A DNA stretch of 64,000 nucleotides from Ruditapes philippinarum (Eukaryota): NCBI RefSeq assembly GCF_026571515.1, contig NW_026866343.1:1-64000 (forward strand). Direction: 5' to 3'. Position 1 is the stretch's first letter. The number at the start of each line of letters is the position of its first letter. Below, piece after piece: positions 27,401 to 37,700 of this stretch. The notes under the pieces were generated by a model. The model saw only the letters and a list, made by a program, of their open reading frames with translations. It did no database searches and had not been told where the DNA came from. The translations under genes and the position numbers were made by a program.

Positions 27401-30400
27401 GGCATTTGTGAATTTGTAACTGTTAGATAATAATTATTTAGTTTTGCATAAAGTTTTAAACATTGTCAGTTATACATCAAATACCTTTATACTCAACATG
27501 CTGTTTATATTACAGACTGGCGACTGCATTATACTGTCAGAAAATTTGGCATCATGTGAAACTCCAAAAGCGCCAAAAACTCTTGAAGAAGAATTATTTA
27601 AATTCGAAAATTCAACTGATCGTTTTTTAAAACATGTTACAGTAGTGTGTTCTATTTTTCTGGATAACGTTGAAGGCAATATTGAAATAAAATACTATCA
27701 AGATCCAATTATCAATCAGCTAGCTGAAAGTGACCATGTCGTAAAGTTTGAAGCCGATGAAAGGCTTCTGAATATTACTGTACGTTTTGATCAATAAATA
27801 AATATCACTATCATCTTTCAGCGTTCGATTTAAAAAAAAAAATTTGTTCAATTTTCATACGTTTGAAGATAAATCAAATTCAGAGAAAATTGATATAAAT
27901 GCTTTGAATATATATGTTTAAATAGATTTTATCTTAATGTCTTTCTCACAGTTGCCTTAATTGAAATCTAATTTTCATTGAATCATTGCTGTTATTATTA
28001 TGTTAATTAAATTGTACATTCCCTGAACATTATTGCAAGAATTATGTTTGGTCATATATTGCCGCTAATATAGCTACATTATAGCTTTTAATTGTGAGTT
28101 TAAAAGGCAGGCTTTCCATTCCTTTTGCATTTCAGGGTAATATGCTGAACCTTGTTGCGACAAAATGTGATATAATTGTAACAGTCGGCGTAGAATTATG
28201 TGTTGTAGTGGAGCTAAATCTAACGTGTATAACATGCATTGCTCCTATAATCGAACCAAGGAGTAGAATACCAAATGCAACACGACCGGAGGTTAATGTA
28301 AGGAAAATTCTTTACCTGATAACGTTTTGGCTTTTTAAATTATAAATCAAACAATCAATTACCGGGAGCTGTTTTAATTTAATTTCTGAAATTAAAAAAA
28401 ATATTTAAATAAACTTGTCAGTGTTTAAATTATTTGTAAGTGCGTATGTAGCTTTATATTCTTGACAGTTCATCGTGTAAAACTGTTGTATTCATTTCCC
28501 GTGTATCACTGACTGTGTAGAGCTTGACATACTGAATTAAATATCTAACGTGATGAGAATATATATCTGTGTAAGTCCCGAACGTATTAGCTGGAAAAAA
28601 ACTGAATTTTGTTCTGTATATTGTCAGTTCAATAGGAGTGTACACTGAAATATGAGAAACAGCCACATCCTTTTATAGTTGAGCATATAAACGCAGTAAA
28701 AACGCCACTACTACAAATGTGACAGTGCTAACGTAATAGAAAACGAAAATCGTGTGCCTATAAAACTACCGACACGTTTACCTTCTTGTCTCCTGGTGCT
28801 CTGTGATGCTTTATGTAACCATAACGTATTTGCTACTATAAACTTGGCACGCTTGTAAAAAAAATATGTGCGTAACCGTTTACTTCTAGGTAACAATAGG
28901 AAACATACACAAGATGATTGGATATGTTGAGTATATAAAAAAGTCGCCGGACACGATCAGAAACTATTCAAGTACTCCTATTACTTCCGTTGTACTGTCG
29001 GCGACTGGAGCGGGTGCTGCGCTCATTTTTATCAGTGCAACAGGTAAAATTATCGCATATACGTGTACATAATTTCCTTCTTCGTTGATTTTTTTGTGTA
29101 TATGTAAATTGAATTTAGCTATGTTTTGAAATCCATCGAGATTTTTACGAAATAGTAAAAAAAAACACGGAATCCCTAAAGGATGCCCAAAACGGCAAAT
29201 TTGAAAAGGCTGCAGACCCGGTATGATTGAGCCGAGCATTAACGTCATTTATGTGTAACTGTTTATTTACTGTCGCCACTTGGAAAAATGTTAGTCAAAA
29301 TACTCCCGTGAACAAAATGTTTTTAATTACACGTACATTTCTTTTCTTATTTAGCACATGTTTATTTCATGTTTGCAATCGATTACTGTAAGATATACTT
29401 AAACCGATGTGTTCGCTGCTTATTTCAGAGAATACATAAACGATTTTAAATCAATTTTGCATTCTATAAAGTGAGATGCATTAACGATTTAGAGTAAATA
29501 TTCAATGGAATACAAACAATTTCTAGGTAGTTTGGCACTCTCTTCATAATCTTTATAACGGCGGGAAAAGACAGTGGGTTGTTGGTTATGCAGCATTTGT
29601 ACGGGCGTTAAAGATTTCAGGTAAACGAAAGGATTGCATTATAGGCAATACCGAAAGAAAGTCATATATAATGTCACGTTATTCTGTCAAATTATCTCAA
29701 TAAATTACATATATTTCATTTTTACAGCTGTAGTTTTGATATGTCGACAATACAGAAAAACAAAGTCAAAATTAAGAAATATTGTAAAACAGAACAGTAC
29801 GAAAGAAGAAATTCCTTGTGAGTTACGTTTGAGCAGGTACATTAATTCAATACAATTCAATATTTTCAGTTTATGTTTTTGTTAAGGCTGTAATGGATTT
29901 TATAACTCCGCATCATCTTGTTATTTATAATTGATACAATTATGAAACTACGTGTGTTGCATTAAAAGTGGTTATGAATTCTTCAGGGAGTAAATTAAGT
30001 AGTGAAGTTCATATTTGGTATCCTTTAATTAGTGTCTGTTTTTCCCTCTACCAAAGTACGATTAATCCAAATTAATCCGTATCGTAGTTTTATATTTCTA
30101 GATATAAACTCTAAATTGAATACCAAAGTGATAAAGTCACTCTGCATTATTGTCAGTTATTGTGTATTTGTCGTTATTGATTACCGGTTAGGCCGCCGGT
30201 GGGGGGGGGATGGGCAGCATGAGAGATGTCGTATATTACATTGCCTCATGAGCATACTCAACTAAACTTTTGTTTAGGTACATTCCTCCAAAAGTATAAA
30301 AAATATCCAATTTACATGTAAACTTGGAGTACTTGTTTAGTATCAACTTTACAATGCATTTCGGTGTGTGTGTGTGTTGGGGGGGGGGGGAGTGGTAGTT

Positions 30401-31008
30401 CATCCTGAAAGCCATTTTTGTTAAGTTATTTCTCTTTTTATACTTAGTATACTAGCTTATATTTAAAATTGATTGTCCGCTTTTACACTCCGAAACCTAG
30501 AACTTAACTATCAAGATCATTGTCTTTTATATCTTATTAGCAAAACAGATTTTAGGGGAAAAGCAATACACCAAAGCATGTGAACATTCAAATAACATGG
30601 TCCTGGTATTCAAAGTTATACTGTTCTCTATTTGTGTCCATTTCACCGCTATTTATATCCTTATACATGTAATTTTATCTTGTTTATAACAGAATTGCGG
30701 GTTCGTCGTGTGAGATGAACTACTCCGAGGTCTACAATGACCAATATGAATCTGACCACTATGACACTATCGCATCAGACAACATTCAAATGGATAGATG
30801 CGAAACTAATGATAATTCTCTAAATTGTCCGCGCGAGAGCGTTTTGGAGGCAAGAACTTCAACCAGTGAACAATCCCAAACGACTAACCATATTACTGTA
30901 GAAGTTCAGCTAGAAGAGGCAATAGCAACGAATGTTAAATCCGAACCCGAACTAGCTGGCGATCAGTTGTATTTACATGTTATTAACATTAGTGACCTTT
31001 CGGACTAG
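5492..31008 (+). CDS. Plexin/MET-like single-pass receptor (Sema-PSI-IPT ectodomain, TM, short Tyr-motif tail, no GAP or kinase domain); exon 3 disrupted in this haplotype
   Basis: Exons: 5492-6478, 7409-7588, 9057-9128+9879-9926, 10406-10506, 11246-11363, 11680-11839, 12221-12326, 14008-14113, 18723-18821, 21080-21185, 23234-23394, 23810-23994, 24189-24291, 25127-25296, 25920-26093, 26497-26584, 27516-27779, 28136-28297, 28890-29043, 29728-29836, 30693-31008. All junctions are GT-AG and phase-compatible, totalling 3969 nt (1322 aa plus stop). Sema motifs: IFIGGTNMLYIL, NINKILLV, VCGT..GLCEIR, FDSYTDIVLSC, YNLIQKA, TAICV. PSI motifs: NPLCGWCV, SCVDC..DPQCYWC, YNC..LATDCTQC..CDWC. IPT motifs: P..GPVDGGTIVTIYGLNLG, GPEAGGTHLTIFGKNLG, SGGTKITIEGTHL. 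Confidence 0.85.
9129..9873 (-). mobile_element. 2.6 tandem copies (285+283+177 bp) of the structured repeat, inserted in coding exon 3 with a 5-bp TSD ATAAA
   Basis: Units start at 9129, 9414 and 9697 and differ only by a 2-bp indel as far as I can see. ATAAA lies at 9124-9128 and 9874-9878. Removing the insert and one TSD copy restores ...TEVKTPIHK-VHIQDEDIIYVLGSQH. Confidence 0.9.
13345..13625. repeat. Degenerate TE-like segment with a recurring (C)GAAGACA(C)GA motif in both orientations
   Basis: cgaagacgaagacatga, ggaagacacga, gcgaagacac, tgtcttcg and gcgaagact. No termini identified. Confidence 0.35.
14727..17805 (-). mobile_element. pogo/Tigger/Fot1-like DNA transposon with a decayed transposase
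   Basis: TIRs CTGTAGGG(T/A)AAATCCCG..., each flanked by TA (14725-26 and 17806-07). On the minus strand: HTH-psq MRYDQASLENALRAVEAGMFVQNAAKLFNVPGSTI (~16968-16865), DDE_1 motif ENIVLLSLLP.CTNFLQPLDRTFFRLLK, and NAFRVCGIVPLNR. Confidence 0.9.
16133..16537. repeat. ~202-bp tandem duplication inside the pogo transposase
   Basis: Two near-identical copies beginning GAACATTTTCCTAGCAAAAAAG. Confidence 0.9.
19468..19590 (+). mobile_element. Degenerate tRNA-derived SINE head (same family as 36975-37200)
   Basis: GTGGCAGAGCGGTTAAGGTCGTTGACTTCAAACCACTTGCC...GATTCGAGC, with an A box and a decayed B box. Confidence 0.75.
19744..19768. repeat. (TG)n microsatellite
   Basis: Read directly from the sequence. 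Confidence 0.95.
20240..20360 (-). repeat. Diverged relative of the structured repeat
   Basis: Collinear shared motifs ATCCCT, CAGACTCGGTTTGATTG, AAGTGCAA and CCCCAGCACTGGCTT. Confidence 0.7.
20693..20870. repeat. ~88-bp tandem duplication
   Basis: Two copies of TCTTCTGCATTATAAATG.AAGCTTTCTC...AACGAACTTCCAAAGAATTCCACAAGTTATAGCTTAATC. Confidence 0.9.
21926..22298. mobile_element. Internally deleted Tc1/mariner-pogo-type MITE
   Basis: TA-CAGTTAAACTT ... AAGTTTAACTG-TA termini, with three subterminal TTCGAGCG repeats at the right end only. Confidence 0.7.
22480..22870. repeat. Old degenerate ~155-165-bp tandem repeat, HINE-core-like
   Basis: Recurring AGACTTATATAG and TTGGCATG motifs at roughly one-unit spacing. 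Confidence 0.4.
26775..27076 (+). repeat. Diverged, oppositely oriented ~1.15-unit permuted copy of the structured repeat
   Basis: Starts and ends with ACCGAGTCTGCAAT...TTTTGTTGTGAT (period 260 bp). It includes the ACAACAGCAGGTGTCAAGT spacer and retains CCTTCGG. Confidence 0.85.
30693..31008 (+). CDS. Last exon of the plexin-like receptor: Tyr-motif cytoplasmic tail
   Basis: IAGSSCEMNYSEVYNDQYESDHYDTI...DQLYLHVINISDLSD*. The frame and stop position are conserved in the paralog at 56457-56769. Confidence 0.85.
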
Positions 31009-34000
31009 CTTCTTGTTTTAGAAAGTTTCCGACAATCCGTTCACAGACAAAATGCTGGAATACGAAACGCAAGCTTAAATTGTTTTTTTTAATTGTTTTT
31101 TTATCATTGCTGTTTTTCGCGACTTTACTAGTTTAAGATACACTCAAATTTGATATTTGAAAATACTGACAATTTCTATGAAAACTCTTTTTAAATGTAA
31201 AATAAACATCTTCGAGTACACACAGAGAAAAAAATATTGTAATGCGTTTTTAACTCTACACACTATAGTTAAACATAATATGGATACCTGTCGTCATCAA
31301 AAACACGCACGTGCACACACACACAACAACAACAAGAACAATCATTTTTATTAGAAGCCACGTCACAATAGTAACAATGTGACTAATTAACATAAAATAA
31401 AGAGTGGGTTACATGATCATACTTTAAATGTTATTTTTATGTTATTTTCAATTCATGGGGACAGAAATGATATTGTCAACAAATCCTGCAATGCTGTTTT
31501 TTTTTTAATTATATATATTTAGGACTTATTGTAAGTTCAAACATGCACATGTACAATATATTGCATTCTCCTATTCTGATTACACATATTCAGTAAAAAT
31601 TTCCTAGATTTCAATAATTTTTTTCAGTAACGTACAGTATTTTATATTGATAGGTATAGATATATCTATATAGTATATCTAACAGAAACAGGCAAGAAAC
31701 ATTTTTTTATATCGAGTAATGTTCCAATATTTATATGACGTAGTATATGTATGTATATTCAATATGTAAACAGTTTGTAAAGAAAACATTTGTGTTTGAA
31801 TTATACTCTTTCAAGAACATAAAAGGATATTAACTTTTGATGGAATATTTATACATGTATAACGGTGTAAATACTTCTTTTCTTTTCTGTTATAATCATC
31901 TGTGTTTATTTTCAATCATTAGGGGACTATAAGAGTTGTAATTTGCCCGATATTTCTTTTCCAATTATGACAATAATTATCACTGTTTATTAATCAAAAC
32001 AAAAGCTTCTCAATCATTATGTCCACCCAAAAACCAATGATTCATAGGCAAATAAACAAAATGCTTGTCATAGGTATGTGTCCTACGAAAGACGTAATCA
32101 AATGTTATATTTAAAGGAATCAACCAGGAAGTCTTGGATGCGTAAAACACATAGGTCTACAATATTCTGATTTTAAGTAAAAAGAATCTTAAAATGATTT
32201 ATTATTGAATTTGATAGAGATTGATTTAAATTTCAATAAATTATCGTACAGGTGCCTATTTCTTTATCATCATTTTGTCGCAAATATAAGTTACTTTCAT
32301 TTGGAGGGTTTTGAAGCCACAATATTGATAAGGCGATTTCCAGCTTTACTGATGGAAAAAGACTTCAGATGCTCTTCCGTATAATACCCAATTAAGTCAC
32401 GTCTGTGTAACTGCCATCTTTCTGTGTGCCATCTTTGGAAGCCACAGCGACTTAAACACCTTGGCCATGGAATGCAGGACTTTGAAAAAGTCTACTTGTG
32501 TGGCGTATTTGTATAAAATTTACAAATCAAATTGATACTGACATTGCAGTTGCAGATAATGATAATTATGTCACCTGATAAAATGATACAATAAACATTC
32601 TGTGTTTGCATCATGTTATGTTCCAGTTGAAATCATTATCAGATCCATTCTTATCAATTAAGGTTCATTATCATTTTCACGATGGAAAAAAGTCAATGCC
32701 AAACTTGTATTGTACTGTTTTCATTTTTCGAGTCCAAAAATCCATATCAAATTCATATGTTACTCCGATTATTCTTTTTATTATGCTTTCATTTTATAAG
32801 GTATGAAATATTATGTCAAACCTATGTAAAATTCTTTACCTAATCTTCGTTTACAACAAAAACTTAAAAAAGAAAGAAAATAATAAAATAAATCGATATG
32901 TTGATGAATAAGTATGAAATATTTACACACGAGTATATATAACTGACATATAGGTCAATAAAGTTAGGTAGGGATATTCCTACGTCATCAGTAAAAAGGG
33001 TGTTGGAAATTACCGATTGCGTTACAAGAAAAAAAATTCTTAACTAATTATTTGTGGTTTTGGTGGTTGGCCTGTCCGTGCCCTTGTGCCCTGTCCTGTT
33101 TTTGTTTGGGGTCCTCCTGGGCTCCTTGCCACTGGCTATTGTTGCTGGGTCGGGTGGGGGTTGCGTTCATTGAACGCCGCCTTTCCTTGTTGATCTTGTT
33201 TATCATATTTTCTAAAAAATTTTCCCGGCCGAAGACAGTCTGTTTTTAGTTTGATTTCCTGTACAGGGAAGAACTGATTATAAGAAGAGTTTTATTGGTC
33301 GTTTTAAAGTTTAAGAAATTAAATGAAATCTAGGAATCTCATTGGCCATTCTAAAATAAAATGCCAAAAAAAAGTTTTAAGCTAAAATGCAAAGAATGAA
33401 ATGATAGTGCTTGCCATTATGTAATAAAATGTAAAGGATAGTTCTAAAATAAAATGTACATGACAGTTCTTTAATTAACTTTCTAGTTAAATTGCTCAGA
33501 TGTTTAATTTCTGTTTAACCATATCTCTTGCATTCAGATCTCATTACATTTTCTAGGGAACAGTTTATTTTACGTATGAAGTTACTGAGTATATTCATGG
33601 AGTTAAATACATGTATATGTCTGTGGTATATTTTACCCAACAACTAACCCAATTCAAGTCAAGTCAAATAAATTTTATTTATAAGTATTTACGATACATC
33701 AACAATAAACATAAGATCTGGTGAGCTTTTTACACCGACTAGCTTAAAATTTTGTTCAAAATAATGAACTTAACAGGTACGGGTCCTTAGTTTACGATGT
33801 TCAATAGGTGTCTATATATAAATATAAATATGATTATTGATGTGTTCAATTGATATAATGTTTATAATTTTTTTATATATTTTTGCATATTAAACAAGTA
33901 TTTATAAAAATAATTGCCTTACCGACTTCGTATATGTTGGTGTTCACTTACCAAAACACGACAGGTTTGTTTCAAACACCATGGAGCTAAATATAAGATT

Positions 34001-34038
34001 GTTTATATATCTGTGGAAACACATACGGTACATCTTAA

Positions 34039-34386
34039 CACAGGTGGCAGTATCAGTGTTTGGACACCCCACCCCTATCTGCCCCTGGACCCCTACTACA
34101 ACCCTGAAAATAAAAATAATTGAACACTCTAAGGCTTACTATAAGGTACCAAATACAAAACCACCGATGAAATTATATAAAAAAAAATTGTCCACTATCA
34201 AAATTATAGTTTTAGAAAATAACTATAATTTTGATAGTGGATTTTTTTTTATATTATTTCATCGGTGGTTTTGTATTTGGTACCTTATAGTAAGCCTTAG
34301 AGTGATGAATTTTTTTTTCAGGGTTGTAGTAGGGGTCCAGGGGCAGATAGGGGTGGGGTGTCCAAACACTGATACTGCCACCTGTG
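34039..34386. mobile_element. Foldback MITE (near-perfect 348-bp palindrome) with an 8-bp TSD; P/Galileo- or hAT-like
   Basis: Arms of ~170 bp, CACAGGTGGCAGTATCAGTG... and ...CACTGATACTGCCACCTGTG, meet near 34215. Flanks are CATCTTAA (34031-38) and CATTTTAA (34387-94). Confidence 0.9.
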
Positions 34387-34789
34387 CATTTTAATAGAGT
34401 ATTCCATTTTTCAAGATTACTAACCCTACAAGTATGTCATTGAACATTATGCAAGCTATGCTAACACTTCTATATTACTTTGCATGGAAAAATAAGAACT
34501 ACCAATATGAAAGTTAACCAGTTTTATTTCGGCCGAGATACCTCTTGTTTCATATCAGCACAGTTTGCCAGAGATGCATATAATAAATATTTAGTGTCCC
34601 ATAACCTTTTCTTCGGGGGGGGGTGGGGGGCAAAATTTAATAATATATCGCGGAAAGTAAACTTTTTATTATATTAAATGTGAAAAATATTCAATTTTTT
34701 AAAATTTGTGACAACATAATTAATGGCATCATCATTTTGTTTACATTTACGACAACAAATTGCTTTTTGGCAGTCACCTTGTCAAAACA

Positions 34790-37700
34790 ATGGAAAATTC
34801 ACAACTTTCTTCCCACGATAAAGACGTTTTAACGAGGATTTTCAATCCAAGTTTGCCTTATGGTGATAACGTTGAAACAGATGTTCCACTTGAAGAAATT
34901 CCAGGTGATGACAACGCTTACAATATGTGAAATACGTTCGCCAAATTCGGAGAAAAATGCCCATTGCTCTATGCATGAACAGGCACTTGGAGTGTAGACC
35001 CCCTGAATATTAAAAACGAAAAGTATTATTTATAACAAGAACTAGTTTTTTTAATTTTTTGCTGGTATTAGTATAAGACGGTTTAGTGTCTAACACTGAA
35101 CAAATATGAACAGAATTTCATAACAACACTGTAACAATATTTTACCCCGACTCTAATTTCCTGAAGATACCAAGCTTTGAAATGTAAACATGAATTTCAA
35201 GCATTTATGTTATCGCATGTCATTTCTTTCTGGTGTCAACCAATCGAGGTATATATTCTTCTAATAAATAAATTTATGTATTGATCGTACATTATAATAC
35301 CTTAATTTCTTCCAAGTTTTGCACATTTAATTTGATTTCTCTAAATGTGAAACATGTTTGTATGCAAATTCAGTGGAAAATCATAAGAAAACAGAAAATT
35401 TCATATAAAATTGAAATGAATAAAAATGCACGTTGTAATCATCACTGATTATCTCACGCATCTGCGCATGACCAATATTTATGCAAGTGAAAATACAAAG
35501 GTAAACAATTAACAATATATAACAATTCTATTTCTGTTTACTTTACTTTTACATTTAGTGTTTAAATATCAGTTTTACTTGATTATGATTCTTAATAATT
35601 TCACAGTATTCACATGGTTTGGATGTGATGAATCCGTGATAAAAAGAGTGCGCATGTTTTATTCATTACAGAATTTTTTCAGGATCTCAGCATAAAATGA
35701 AAGCGCAACAGTCAGTGCCAAAAAACCAATCTGGTCGTCTCACATCAGACATGGTGTTTACAAGTGCGGATCAACATGGGGATCCATGCACATCACCCAA
35801 AGTGTCTGTGTGCTTAATTACTCAAGATGAGCTTTCGTAGTTATTGTTTAAGTGCCAATTGCCCCTTGATTTTGCATTTGATACTGATTTTAAAATGCTA
35901 CCTTTTTTTCAAATCTCATTAAGTAATGTTGGTACATAAAGAATCGTGAGAGCCTTGTTCTCTAAACATGTATTAGACGTTTCACCCTTATTATTAAAGT
36001 AAGCTCGTGGAACTGGCCCAAAGGGTAGGTTCTCGTTTCACGATATCCTTTTCCCAAAATGGAATTATTAACCCGAAAATTGGATTGAAGTGAATTATGT
36101 TCTCTGACAGGTTGATTCAATTTAGGTATCATATAAAACATGAAATGGCTGTAATGCGAAAGTTGAAAAATAGTGTGTGGTTGTGTTGTGTGAATTGTGT
36201 ACCCAAAAGTGTGCAGTTCTAAGTGTATTGTACTCAAAAAGAGCTCACTTTTTGGCTTTGCCTTATTCATATTGCAAATAAATAGTTTATGATGGTCAAG
36301 CCCAATTTTAATAGATTATGCTCATCAACACTTTGGCATGTCTGATTCAATGTGTACATATTCTTGTACATGCTAGAAATTACTTCAATACAGTACAGAA
36401 AATAACTCTTTATGTACAAATACAATTTGTCAATATCACTTAATATTTAAAAAAATAGATGTCTGGTAATTGAGCCTGTCAAAAGTCTGCTGTTAAAAAT
36501 GGATTTCTTTTGCAACTCATTCTGGGACTCGTTGATTTTGCTATGGGAAATATTGTTTTCTAACGTGTATCTTCATACTCAGTATGACAACTTTAAGTAA
36601 ACATCATTTAATCAATGTGGACAAATGAGTGTAATATGTGGAAAATTTCAATAATATGAATGAATATTAATTTATTATATTGTGTTTTATTTAAAAAAAA
36701 AAGGAATTGTAGACAGAATTATGATAAATCTTTCCAAATATAAGTACCCATGACATCAGATTGTTAACAAGCGAAATGCCATTATGAATTGTTTTTCAAG
36801 TATAGTACAAAAATTTCAAAGTTTTATTCTGAAAAAAAAGCCTAGTTTGTGTATTTATACCACTGCAAAAATGAGAGACAGATGTTATGATGTGATTCTC
36901 ATGCACTGACTCTGCTTGTTGGTTTTTTACATGCCAATAAAATACTATGGATAGGCATGACTTGAAGGTAGTTAGCAGGATGGGACGTTCCAGCGTTACT
37001 GGTGGAGGAAGACCTCAGGTGCCCTATTGTGCATTATTTCAGGCACGAACAGGCACCTGAGAAGAACCACCGACGTTCCGTAAGCTAGGTGGATACCTTC
37101 CTGACATGAAATAATCCAAAGTCCCTGTCGTAATTCGAACCCACAGCGGTAAGGGGCAAGTGGTTTGAAGTCAACGCTTAACCACTCAGCCACAGACCCC
37201 ACTTACATTGTAATCATGCTGAAATAAACATGTTTATAAAAACTAACCATAATATGCTTGTTTGTTTCAGAGGTAGAGACAGATGAAGTTAAGGAAGCTA
37301 AAAGACTTGAGATTGAAGGTGTCAAAGCAGCAGAATCAGGAAATATTGACAAGGCACTTGAGTTGTTGAATCAAGCTGTAACCATAGCACCAGACCATGC
37401 TTCAAGTTATAATAACAGAGCTCAAGCTCTAAGGTTACATGGTGATGTGTCAGGTATATAATGGTGTTCTTTTTTCTTCAGTCTTTGCCTGTGGTCTATA
37501 ATAGATGTTTTCCTGAACCTGGGCCTTCCCCAGCTATTTTGGGAAAAGGCCTCTGGCTTAAAGTGGCATTATGCCCATCCAAGGGTATATAGTGAGTGAA
37601 CAGGTGAAAGTAAAAATAAGATTTCATTTTGCCACAATTCCTATTAATCTAATGATCAAGTTTGCATAAAAAATAAATAACTCCAAACGAAATTTCTGTA

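Noticed and set aside
28964-29248. Antisense ORF ...LPVALIKMSAAPAPVAD..., also at 58171-58368
   Set aside because: Shadow of the TM-encoding exon 19 on the opposite strand.
29818-29824. Alternative strong donor GTGAGT in exon 20
   Set aside because: Phase 1 is incompatible with the conserved last-exon frame, whereas the donor at 29837 fits. It could still give a minor tail-less isoform.
33981-34394. 137-aa ORF
   Set aside because: Translation of the palindromic foldback element.
35161-35195. CTGAAGA...GAAA possible hammerhead core
   Set aside because: No stem II pairing between the two motifs.
37120-37200. tRNA gene (also 19468-19545)
   Set aside because: No closed cloverleaf; it continues into a SINE body with several decayed copies.
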